A DNA stretch of 20,000 nucleotides from an uncultured virus (IMG/VR IMGVR_UViG_3300042197_003121) (IMGVR_UViG_3300042197_003121), one strand, 5' to 3'. Positions 7,670 to 15,409 are shown, counted from the first letter of the stretch. Notes: generated by a model not told the origin, from the sequence alone. Program-made: numbers and translations.

Positions 7670-7697
7670 AGTGTACTAGGGTTTTTTCGTTCTGCAA
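7670..7697 (-). promoter_or_regulatory. Putative sigma70-type promoter
   Basis: TTGCAG-N16-TACACT. Confidence 0.45.
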
Positions 7698-7724
7698 CAA
7701 GAAAATATTATTAAGACAGTCGAC

Positions 7725-9569
7725 TCAATGGGTTTCCTTCCAATTGGCGCCAACCCGCGATTCGCCTGTGAAAGGGCACAATAAATTAAAATATTGCCCT
7801 GATTTTTGAATAGCCTCAATCGACAATTTTTGTACAGATTCTATATAAATAGGCTTTGACGCTAGCTGCCATTCATCGTGAAAAAACCCACAAAAAGCAT
7901 AATCAACTCCATGTATTAATCCTTCACCCTTTAAATTATTAAACAAAATACAAGTAGCTTTTTTCATTAATACTGCACCAGTGGATTGCAATAATTGATT
8001 CAAAGCTGAGTGCCTAGATCTAATTTGCAAGTGCCTGCCATCAATTCCTGTTAAATAACCACGCTGTGTAATCCTGGAATCAATTTTATCTTTTAACTTC
8101 TTAATTGCAGGAAGTTTTTTATAAAATGTGTCGATAACTTCTTTGCCTTTTTCCATCATCTGTTGCTCAGACCCCTTGGGGTAAAAGAGCGAACCTACCT
8201 TACGGGATCCAGCACCGTAGCAAACAGCGAAAATCAAAGACTTAGAAAGATTACGCTGTGATTTTTCAATCTCTCCAGTTCCATTCCAAACCCCAAATAG
8301 CTTGGCATTGTAAGAGTGAATATCAAATCCATCTGTGCTGACCAGCTTTGCGTACTCCCCACCATCAAAATGAGCTAGCCACGCCCCCAGTGCTCGTAAC
8401 TCCAAAGCCGCTGCGTCTGTACCGATCAGCCCCCAGCCTTCTGGAGCCGTAAACAAGGCACGACATTCATCACCATAAGGAGCGCCGACCGCTGGCACCT
8501 GACTCATGTTGGGATTTACGTGCGAACAACGACCGCTCACACAGGCATTGGTTTTAACCCCACCATGAATGCGACTATCTCTATATCGTTGACAATGAGT
8601 CAACCACGACTCTTTACCATCCGCAATTTGGCCAAGCCTTTTGTTAAGAAGTTGGTATTCAGCAAGTAACTTAGCTTCTGGATACTTTTCTCCAAGGATT
8701 TCAAGCACATCGTCATCCACCGTAACGTTACCCTTCTCTGTTCGATCAAAGCTGATTTCGGGATAACGAGCCTGTAACCTATCTGCAATTTGTTTTCTTG
8801 ATCCTGCATTGAAAACAATAACGTTTGACTTGAGCTTCCGTCCAGTTTTTTCAGAAATACGCTCTTCTGTGATTGGTGGGAATACTTCTTGGAGCTGTTC
8901 ATCAAGCTCCGCACGTTTAGCTTTGAGCGTATTGACCAGAGCGAAGGCCGCTTTTTCATTGAATGGGAAGCCAAATTCTTCCTGGAGCGACATGACTTTA
9001 GCAAACTCGTGCTCCAGCTCATGACACCTAGGATCTAACTTTTGCTCTATAAGGTACTTATAAAGTTCAAACGTTACGAGTGTATCTCCTTCACAGTATT
9101 TTTGCATTTCAGGAGTCCACTTTTCCCAGACATTGTCTACATCAGGATCTTTTTTGGTTTCCTCTTTAAACTTAATTTTTGATACTCCCAGTCTCTCGCC
9201 CCAGGCCGCAAGAGAATGGCGCCCCTTGTATTTTTTATCGATGTGAGAAAACTTCTGCTCATCGACAGGCTCCAGCTCTGGCCAGAGAACCCGACTCAAA
9301 ATTAAAGTGTCTACCGTGTCGCAATCTGATCTCATAGTGAGACCAGGATAGACTTTGCGTAGTGCCCGGTAGTCAAAATTGATTGTATTGTGACCAACCA
9401 ACTGACTTGCTTTACTGATTAAATCCAGGCCTTTTTCAATTGGGATGTACCCCTCTTGATCAGCGCAGCTGTGAACCTCTCCAGTTTCAACGTCACGCAG
9501 CACCAGACAGTGGATCCGGTCCAGCTCCCAGAGCAGACCATTGGTTTCCACGTCAAGACAGTACCGCAC
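7725..9569 (-). CDS. polA: Phage family A (T7-like) DNA polymerase with 3'-5' exonuclease domain
   Basis: Exo motifs DVET, HNTINFD, HSLAAWG, YCEGD. Pol motifs DAAALELR (A), RNLSKSLIFAVCYG (B), HDE (C). Confidence 0.96.
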   Translation of the reverse strand: MRYCLDVETNGLLWELDRIHCLVLRDVETGEVHSCADQEGYIPIEKGLDLISKASQLVGHNTINFDYRALRKVYPGLTMRSDCDTVDTLILSRVLWPELEPVDEQKFSHIDKKYKGRHSLAAWGERLGVSKIKFKEETKKDPDVDNVWEKWTPEMQKYCEGDTLVTFELYKYLIEQKLDPRCHELEHEFAKVMSLQEEFGFPFNEKAAFALVNTLKAKRAELDEQLQEVFPPITEERISEKTGRKLKSNVIVFNAGSRKQIADRLQARYPEISFDRTEKGNVTVDDDVLEILGEKYPEAKLLAEYQLLNKRLGQIADGKESWLTHCQRYRDSRIHGGVKTNACVSGRCSHVNPNMSQVPAVGAPYGDECRALFTAPEGWGLIGTDAAALELRALGAWLAHFDGGEYAKLVSTDGFDIHSYNAKLFGVWNGTGEIEKSQRNLSKSLIFAVCYGAGSRKVGSLFYPKGSEQQMMEKGKEVIDTFYKKLPAIKKLKDKIDSRITQRGYLTGIDGRHLQIRSRHSALNQLLQSTGAVLMKKATCILFNNLKGEGLIHGVDYAFCGFFHDEWQLASKPIYIESVQKLSIEAIQKSGQYFNLLCPFTGESRVGANWKETH

Positions 9570-9571
9570 GA

Positions 9572-9805
9572 TCAGTAAAACTTTTTGTAGAGCCTAGCTA
9601 CGTTAGCAATTTCTAGACCACTGGTAAAGCCACAATCGTTAAATCTTTTTAAAACGTTTTTAGCCTCTGTCAGGTCTGATAGGCAAATCGAACGATTAAT
9701 ATTTTGTGTGCTATCCACTGGGATCAAGCGCACATCAGTTTTGTCCTCCGTAAAGCAAAGGACGCTGCTCATATCTGGAGAGCAGATTACAAATCCAGTT
9801 TGCAT
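9572..9805 (-). CDS. Hypothetical protein
   Basis: 77-aa ORF packed 2 nt from each neighbour. Confidence 0.75.
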   Translation of the reverse strand: MQTGFVICSPDMSSVLCFTEDKTDVRLIPVDSTQNINRSICLSDLTEAKNVLKRFNDCGFTSGLEIANVARLYKKFY

Positions 9806-9807
9806 AA

Positions 9808-10092
9808 TCAGTCCCGAAGAGCGTCACGATTCGGCACTGCCCGCATAAGAAAAATGTCAAGGGCAATGTGAATAAGCAGAGGAACCATGGCAAAAGCCCG
9901 TTCAGGTAATCCACCAAACAAAGCAGCCAACTTATCACTAAGATCAGTTCGATGCAGCTCTTCAAATTCAATCGATAGCATTTGAGCCACGCCAAGAATA
10001 AAATCTTGCACGCTATCGTCGTGGTGCTTTAATTGATCTACAATCTCGTATAACTGAGGATCTTTTTCGATCATCATTAATAGTTCTTCCAT
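9808..10092 (-). CDS. Hypothetical helical protein
   Basis: 94-aa ORF in the polymerase operon. Confidence 0.75.
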   Translation of the reverse strand: MEELLMMIEKDPQLYEIVDQLKHHDDSVQDFILGVAQMLSIEFEELHRTDLSDKLAALFGGLPERAFAMVPLLIHIALDIFLMRAVPNRDALRD

Positions 10093-10093
10093 A

Positions 10094-10693
10094 ATGTCTT
10101 ACCGAGTTTGCCGCAAGTTTATCTCAACTACATTCCGAATTGAAAATCAAATTTCTAAAGTCTTCCTGGAGCCAATGAGAGAGCATCGCCCAGGCTTTTG
10201 GGTTTGGAATGTTGGCTTCGCTGTTGGTAAATCCAGAAGGCAGTTAAACGATTGGTACCGGAGACGAAAAAACCGAAGGCGACGCACGATTCACACTCAA
10301 CTCACTGGTAAAAGCGGGATGAAAATGATCCGTCGCGGGTTTGAAGAAGTGCTTCGCCTCCGCTGGCACATTCAACCTGGCGACTGCATAGTTCTAGACT
10401 GCACTTCAGCCGATCCAGAGCGTCAATTTCATGCCTGGAGCCGATGGCATAAACGTCACCCAGAATGGATCATTAATTACGAACGAAAAGAATTTATTTG
10501 GTATCGTCCGCCTTATCCAGATGATCAAGTTTGGAATTATTGTCAAGTTGTTGGTCGTCAACCAGCTGATCCTCTGGCGAACACGGACGGGGACGCTTAT
10601 TTTTCTGCATTTTCTCTTCAGCTAAAAGATCCACATAAGCATCAATCCAATTTCCAAATAGCTGCTCAATACAGCCAGGTTCTAGAAAATTAA
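10094..10693 (+). CDS. Hypothetical Arg/Trp-rich protein, antisense to the surrounding operon
   Basis: 199-aa ORF and the only long ORF covering 10094-10493. Confidence 0.65.
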   Translation: MSYRVCRKFISTTFRIENQISKVFLEPMREHRPGFWVWNVGFAVGKSRRQLNDWYRRRKNRRRRTIHTQLTGKSGMKMIRRGFEEVLRLRWHIQPGDCIVLDCTSADPERQFHAWSRWHKRHPEWIINYERKEFIWYRPPYPDDQVWNYCQVVGRQPADPLANTDGDAYFSAFSLQLKDPHKHQSNFQIAAQYSQVLEN

Positions 10694-10814
10694 TGGCTAC
10701 GCGGATCCCATCAGCTAATGCAGCTCTGGACTCATGCGTATTTTGCGCCAGAAGCTCCAACATGACTGCAGTCAGCCATTTATTGGGTTCTTTGTTTGGG
10801 TCGATGTACATCAA
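10494..10814 (-). CDS. Hypothetical protein
   Basis: 106 aa with ATGA coupling to the upstream gene. Its 3' part overlaps the plus-strand ORF. Confidence 0.6.
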   Translation of the reverse strand: MMYIDPNKEPNKWLTAVMLELLAQNTHESRAALADGIRVAINFLEPGCIEQLFGNWIDAYVDLLAEEKMQKNKRPRPCSPEDQLVDDQQLDNNSKLDHLDKADDTK

Positions 10815-11041
10815 TCGATTTCAATGATGACACGCTTCAGTCGACCGTGTCGATCTCGTTCTTCGTAGACGGTGAACTCTCCATCGCCGATCTCGGTGTC
10901 AAAGGACGTATGGAGATTCCACGCTGGAAGCTTGACAGAACCCTGAGAGGCTTGGAGATGAGACGGGTCAGCAATACAGATCTTGCCGGAATCACAGCCG
11001 ACTACCCCGATGAGCTTTGACTTAGCAATTTTAACGACCAA
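10811..11041 (-). CDS. Hypothetical protein (GVVGCDSGKICIADP motif)
   Basis: The G-x-V-x-x-DSG-x-I-x-I-x-DP...GDG pattern recurs in small phage proteins. TATAAT boxes lie upstream. Confidence 0.75.
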   Translation of the reverse strand: MVVKIAKSKLIGVVGCDSGKICIADPSHLQASQGSVKLPAWNLHTSFDTEIGDGEFTVYEERDRHGRLKRVIIEID

Positions 11042-11112
11042 CGGTCCGGTTTGAGATTATACATACTATTATACCACTGGGCTGAAGAAGGACAGTTGAC
11101 AGGCCCTTACTT

Positions 11113-11151
11113 AAAAAAAGGGAAGCGTAGTTCTTACTGTCTCCTACGCTT
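11113..11151 (-). terminator. Intrinsic terminator after the hydroxylase gene
   Basis: AAGCGTAG-loop-CTACGCTT, then CCC and T7 on the minus strand. Confidence 0.6.
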
Positions 11152-11176
11152 GGTAAGTGATGAGCCGTGCCTCTGA

Positions 11177-11809
11177 TCAGGGTGCGGCTCCGCCCTTACC
11201 ACGACTCAAAAGATTTGCCAGCATGGACTTAGAGTCCAGGACCCGAGCTGCTGGGGGTGCGACCTGCTTTTTAAAATCGATCAATAAGATAAATCTGGTT
11301 CGATCGCCCCAATTCCAGGCCTCATGCTCGAGCGTATCATCGAACACAAATGCTTGTCCTGGAGCCCAATGATGAAATTCATCGCCGACCCGAATCCCGC
11401 ACGTATCTGAAGTTAGTGTGCCAGTTGCTCGTCTGTCATACTCTGGACATGGCTTAGGTGTAATCAACCCAAGGTGACACCGCAACACTGAATCGCTGTA
11501 GCCTACGTGAGGTCTGATGTGGGTTTCTGGGGCCAGGGCCGAAAAGCCTGCTGTCACCATGCCTGGGATTGATTCCACAAGGCTGGTGGTCTTTGGACAG
11601 CGTTTGCAGTTTTTCGCCAGCTTTTCCCCGAAAGCGTAAAGCCCATAGACATCCCACCTACCCTCGTAAATTTCTACTTCATGCCAGGCTTGGAAGTAGC
11701 TCTTGTTATTCTCTGATTCGTTATAGAGGAGGTTATTCAGCTCCTCCAGGACATCTTCCCAGGAATCTTCTAAGGATTTAAGGAAAGAAAATTCTGCGTA
11801 TTGATCCAT
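11177..11809 (-). CDS. Aspartyl/asparaginyl beta-hydroxylase family 2OG-Fe(II) oxygenase
   Basis: CPKT, FSALAP-THIRPHVG, LRCHLGL and FVFDDTLEHEAWN..R motifs. Confidence 0.92.
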   Translation of the reverse strand: MDQYAEFSFLKSLEDSWEDVLEELNNLLYNESENNKSYFQAWHEVEIYEGRWDVYGLYAFGEKLAKNCKRCPKTTSLVESIPGMVTAGFSALAPETHIRPHVGYSDSVLRCHLGLITPKPCPEYDRRATGTLTSDTCGIRVGDEFHHWAPGQAFVFDDTLEHEAWNWGDRTRFILLIDFKKQVAPPAARVLDSKSMLANLLSRGKGGAAP

Positions 11810-11818
11810 GATTTAGAT

Positions 11819-11972
11819 GTTGTGGGCAGGCAGGCGTCTCGCAATAGAGACTTAACCGGTGCGGCCGGTCCTGCACTGCTTTATTGCGGAGCCGCTGCAC
11901 AACTCAACGGAATCCAAAAAGTCACACCCTAACGAGGATAAAGTGTGAACCTGTGGCCACAGGGGCTGCAGA
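11819..11972 (-). ncRNA. Structured 5' leader RNA, candidate cis-regulatory element
   Basis: Hairpins CCTGTG/CACAGG and TCACACTTTA/TAGGGTGTGA (G-U pairs work only on the minus strand), followed by an 85-nt multistem domain with two possible pseudoknots. Confidence 0.7.
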
Positions 11973-11980
11973 CCAAGGCA

Positions 11981-12009
11981 ATTATGCCCTACCTTATCTC
12001 AGCTGTCAA
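11981..12009 (-). promoter_or_regulatory. Sigma70-type promoter
   Basis: TTGACA (12009-12004), N17, CATAAT (11986-11981), immediately after the thyX stop. Confidence 0.75.
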
Positions 12010-12690
12010 CTAAATTTCCCATTCCACGTCTGCACCACCCAAAGCTTCTGCAATGGTAGGAAGCTGACTGCAGAAAATTTTCTTTATATCTTTTGCGATG
12101 TGCATGTGCTCCATCTGGGTGCCGTGCTTCTCCCTGAGTGCCAGGTAGGTGATCCATGACCTGATGCTGCCGTTCATGTACAGACGAGTTGGTGTAGCTA
12201 GCGGAAGGATTGCCCTGGCGCATTCCTTAGCGACACCGTTGCTAATCATCTCCTTGTACAGATGGCTAACCTCTTCAAACAGTATTCCGATTCGTCGGTA
12301 ATACTGTTGAACGGTATCAATTCCTAAATCGTCAACTGAATTTTGACGATTTTTATAGTCTTGCCTCCGCAGGTGAGGCATTTTTGGCGCCCCCAGTATA
12401 GTGATATCCTGATAGCGTGATGAAAATTCTTGATAGGAGAAGGATCTATGCCTCAGGATCTGAGCAGAAATCCCCCGCGTTGTATTAATTTCCATACAAA
12501 GGTTAGCCATCTCAAAGATTGACCAGTGCCTTTGATTGATGCAATATTTCAACAGCTTAGGAGCCGTCTCCATATTATTTTGGTTGTCCGGATTTGAAAC
12601 CCTGGCACAATAACTAATCACCTCCTCTGCATCAGGAGTGATCCACACAAGTTTGACGCTTTGCATTGGTTCAATGGCTTTGAGTTTCAT
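12010..12690 (-). CDS. thyX: FAD-dependent thymidylate synthase
   Basis: ARVS, HWSIFE, QILRHRSFSYQEFSSRY and ECARAILP motifs. Start at 12690 is supported by TAATG coupling. Confidence 0.96.
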   Translation of the reverse strand: MKLKAIEPMQSVKLVWITPDAEEVISYCARVSNPDNQNNMETAPKLLKYCINQRHWSIFEMANLCMEINTTRGISAQILRHRSFSYQEFSSRYQDITILGAPKMPHLRRQDYKNRQNSVDDLGIDTVQQYYRRIGILFEEVSHLYKEMISNGVAKECARAILPLATPTRLYMNGSIRSWITYLALREKHGTQMEHMHIAKDIKKIFCSQLPTIAEALGGADVEWEI

Positions 12691-13037
12691 TAGATGTGGC
12701 TCCATCGTTTTCGTTTTACAATCCGATAAACAGTGCTGTGATGGATACCGTAGCGTTCGGCAATTTCTTTGTAAGTTGTTTTTGTTTCCGCTAGTAAGCG
12801 GATGTCCCTTACATTTTGCTCTGTCAAGACAGAAGTGCCAGATTGTTCTCCTCTTCTAATACAATTAGAATGTTGAGGTACGCCGGGAATTGATCCGCGT
12901 TTTTTGATTGCGTAGGACTCAATTGTTTTAAAATTAGTCCCACACTTTAAGCACTTACAGTAACGCCAGGTCTCATTACCGTGGTGCTTGGTCACGGTCA
13001 CCTTGGTGTTTTTGGAATTACACTTCCGGCAATTCAT
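12690..13037 (-). CDS. NrdR-like zinc ribbon fused to a C-terminal HTH
   Basis: MNCRKC..TKV..T...RYCKCLKCGTNFKTIE, followed by EIAERYGIHHSTVYRIV. Confidence 0.75.
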   Translation of the reverse strand: MNCRKCNSKNTKVTVTKHHGNETWRYCKCLKCGTNFKTIESYAIKKRGSIPGVPQHSNCIRRGEQSGTSVLTEQNVRDIRLLAETKTTYKEIAERYGIHHSTVYRIVKRKRWSHI

Positions 13038-13222
13038 CCTTCATAAAATTCATAGGACTCAAATGCAAACCATTCATAGATTTCTGCCATAATTGAAGTT
13101 TGAATTCTTTCAAGAATTGCTTCTTGCGTTGGGTTTTCAACGTGTTTGTGGGCCATCTGCCATCCACGGGCTGCTCCACGTTCAATGCAATCCTCAATGA
13201 TTACTTGAGTCCTGGCCTTCAT
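13034..13222 (-). CDS. Conserved cyanophage hypothetical protein (AHKHVENPT motif)
   Basis: Likely start MKARTQ at 13222. Stop overlaps the next ATG. Confidence 0.75.
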   Translation of the reverse strand: MKARTQVIIEDCIERGAARGWQMAHKHVENPTQEAILERIQTSIMAEIYEWFAFESYEFYEG

Positions 13223-13448
13223 TAGATTCTCCAAAAAGTTTAAGTAATTGGTCTGCCTTAATGACGAATTCAGCGTAATAATCTCGCCAACCTTGTACAG
13301 ATGCTTTAATCTCTGCAAATGCTTGCTCTGAAGTTACATCTGCGTAATCAAAGAAGTAAGCAAAGGCTTCGTCAAGAAGTTCTTTTCGACGGTTTGCCTC
13401 ATACGTTTTCCCCTCCGTTGAAAGTTGTTGAATAAAACTTTTTTCCAT
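13194..13448 (-). CDS. Hypothetical protein
   Basis: GGAGG precedes the ATG at 13448. Confidence 0.7.
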   Translation of the reverse strand: MEKSFIQQLSTEGKTYEANRRKELLDEAFAYFFDYADVTSEQAFAEIKASVQGWRDYYAEFVIKADQLLKLFGESNEGQDSSNH

Positions 13449-13449
13449 G

Positions 13450-13770
13450 TCAACCTCCAATCATTTCGCGGTAACTTTTCACAAGATCATCAAGTTCCTC
13501 TTCACGGACTAACCGCATTTGAGCATGATCAGAAGGTGTCTGGAGACCATCCCAAAGCACCTTCACGAACTTGTTGTTCATGGTCCCACGGGTTGGAGTT
13601 TTTGTTGGCTTGATGAATACATCAATTACAACTCCATACCGTTGAGTTCGGTGGATTTGTATTTTCTGGAGAGTTTCTTTACTCAGCCCTGGAATCGCTG
13701 TTACTTTCGGCCTCTCCGCTACTCGATCGCCTGGTTTGAATTTCGCAGGCTGAGCTTTCTTGCGTCTCAT
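13450..13770 (-). CDS. SH3/KOW-like small basic protein
   Basis: FKPGDRV...GVVIDV...VKVLWDG pattern. Confidence 0.7.
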   Translation of the reverse strand: MRRKKAQPAKFKPGDRVAERPKVTAIPGLSKETLQKIQIHRTQRYGVVIDVFIKPTKTPTRGTMNNKFVKVLWDGLQTPSDHAQMRLVREEELDDLVKSYREMIGG

Positions 13771-13930
13771 GTCGTTTGATTTGCTCTAAAAGAATTTCGG
13801 AAAACTCGTCAGACGTAAGGTCTTCGAGGTAGTTGTACTCAGGATGGGTATCAGGATCCCACTCAAAGCTGATGTCACCGGTCTCCTCGTCATATGAAAC
13901 AAGGAGACCGTCTTTTTCACTAGAGCTCAT
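13679..13930 (-). CDS. Acidic hypothetical protein
   Basis: 83 aa with ISFEWDPDTHPEYNYL; overlaps the next gene. Confidence 0.7.
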   Translation of the reverse strand: MSSSEKDGLLVSYDEETGDISFEWDPDTHPEYNYLEDLTSDEFSEILLEQIKRHETQESSACEIQTRRSSSGEAESNSDSRAE

Positions 13931-13960
13931 ATCAGAAAAAAATTCTGATCAGACTCTAGC

Positions 13961-14311
13961 TCAACCATACTGTTTAATCCACCTCCCTACTGTTGTTTTT
14001 CCAATGCCAAGGAGTTGCGCAATTTGCAAGTGAGTTTTACCTTGCGTACGTAGCTCAAGGCACCAACGAAGTTTCCGTTCACACTCTTCCTCTTCCTTGG
14101 TATGAATAACTGTTGTTGTGGAAGAAGAAGAGAAGAACGGATGAACATTCTCAAGCTGATTGGAAGCCAGGCCGAGAAGGTGAACGTTACGTGCTCCTGG
14201 ATGTTCTACTTTTGCTAAATCGCAGGCTTCGAGACCGTTTTTAGCAGTGATGGTAGTCTCAACAGGCTTTCCATCTCCGAACGCAATTCGGACTTTGTAG
14301 GTCTTGCGCAT
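13961..14311 (-). CDS. Protein with C-terminal HTH
   Basis: GKTHLQIAQLLGIGKTTVGRWIK. Likely start MRKTY at 14311. Confidence 0.8.
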   Translation of the reverse strand: MRKTYKVRIAFGDGKPVETTITAKNGLEACDLAKVEHPGARNVHLLGLASNQLENVHPFFSSSSTTTVIHTKEEEECERKLRWCLELRTQGKTHLQIAQLLGIGKTTVGRWIKQYG

Positions 14312-14313
14312 GC

Positions 14314-14700
14314 TCAAACGTTTTTCCAAGAGTGACGGTTAACAACCCCGTACACCGTGGTCAAATGAATACCGAACTCCTTCGCCAGTTGGCAATATGC
14401 CGCGTGAGTGCTGTTGAACTGAGTTAGAAATTCAGGACTTGCTGCTTTTGCACGAAGTTCACGGACCCGATCAACGTTGAGTTTGGCCATAGGGCGCATA
14501 CGACGGCCCCTCTTCTCCTTCGGAGCCTTGACCGTAGTGGCCTTTACACTGGGAAGAACACTGTTGATGGGTGCGGTGATCATGATCTGATCGCTGTTTC
14601 GCGTGGCAGTCAGGACGAGGTAACCGTCGCGGACATCGATGTTGGGCGCGTCTTCTGCTGTGATTTTCAGGGTCTGGACCGCTTGGAAATTGAAAGGCAT
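14314..14700 (-). CDS. Protein with C-terminal HTH
   Basis: AKLNVDRVRELR...QLAKEFGIHLTTVYGVVNRHSWKNV. Likely start MPFNF at 14700. Confidence 0.75.
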   Translation of the reverse strand: MPFNFQAVQTLKITAEDAPNIDVRDGYLVLTATRNSDQIMITAPINSVLPSVKATTVKAPKEKRGRRMRPMAKLNVDRVRELRAKAASPEFLTQFNSTHAAYCQLAKEFGIHLTTVYGVVNRHSWKNV

Positions 14701-14746
14701 GGTTGAAAGCGCAGTGTGCGCCTGGGTTTGACCCGCAGGCTTGACC

Positions 14747-14774
14747 ACTATACATGCTCTTCGGTAGATTGCAA
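14747..14774 (-). promoter_or_regulatory. Putative sigma70-type promoter
   Basis: TTGCAA-N16-TATAGT followed by a short leader hairpin. Confidence 0.5.
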
Positions 14775-14958
14775 GAGAGGGGAGGGAACTCCTCTTCGTG
14801 GTGCATGGTTGATTCAATCGTGCGTGTGTGCATGGGCCGGGGAGTGGTGTCCTCGGCCCTCCTTTTTGCTCTTTTGAATTTTTAGATTGTCTTTATATTT
14901 GCTTATAGCTTTGTTATATATGGTGCTTCGCTGGTGGTGAGCTGAGTTCTACTCTTTC

Positions 14959-15186
14959 TTACTTGGTTTTATCTCCCCGGTTTTCGCTCCGGTTGCGCAT
15001 CTTTAGGTTTTCGGGTTTGTTGTTCAGGGGGTTGCCATCTGCGTGGTCGACATCCTTCCCGTCACCTTTACGGGCATGACCATTCTTTTCTTTCCATCGG
15101 CGAGCCTTCACCCTGGCAGCACGACGTTTGATCTGCTCTTCAGTCCCGTGGTATTCGCGATATTCTTCTTTGTAATCTCTTGCCAT
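14959..15186 (-). CDS. Small HNH endonuclease-like protein
   Basis: GDGKDVDHADGNPLNNKPENL..N motif with the RDYKEEY N-terminus typical of this phage family. Confidence 0.85.
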   Translation of the reverse strand: MARDYKEEYREYHGTEEQIKRRAARVKARRWKEKNGHARKGDGKDVDHADGNPLNNKPENLKMRNRSENRGDKTK

Positions 15187-15267
15187 AGTGTTAAGTCATT
15201 ACTTCTTATTCTATTTAATAGATATATAGACCCCTGGCGGCGGCCACAATTGATTCGTTGATTTATA

Positions 15268-15324
15268 GTTGATTTTAAATGCAACAATCAGAGACATGTG
15301 TAAGTTGTTACATTTAAAATCGAC
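15268..15324. repeat. 20-bp imperfect inverted repeat (18/20) with 17-nt spacer in an AT-rich intergenic region
   Basis: GTTGATTTTAAATGCAACAA (15268-15287) versus TTGTTACATTTAAAATCGAC (15305-15324). Confidence 0.8.
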
Positions 15325-15409
15325 GATTTATTTGATTTTTGTTCTACTCTGTTGATGCCACCAATAGGCCTACTTTTGGTACAATATATTTATAATATCT
15401 GTTTTTGGT

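Noticed and set aside
11884..12223. ORFs 11884-12159 (+) and 11999-12223 (-)
   Set aside because: They overlap thyX and the structured leader, with no supporting signals.
7725..12690. Introns or inteins in polA or thyX
   Set aside because: Both ORFs are continuous and of normal length, with no splicing motifs.
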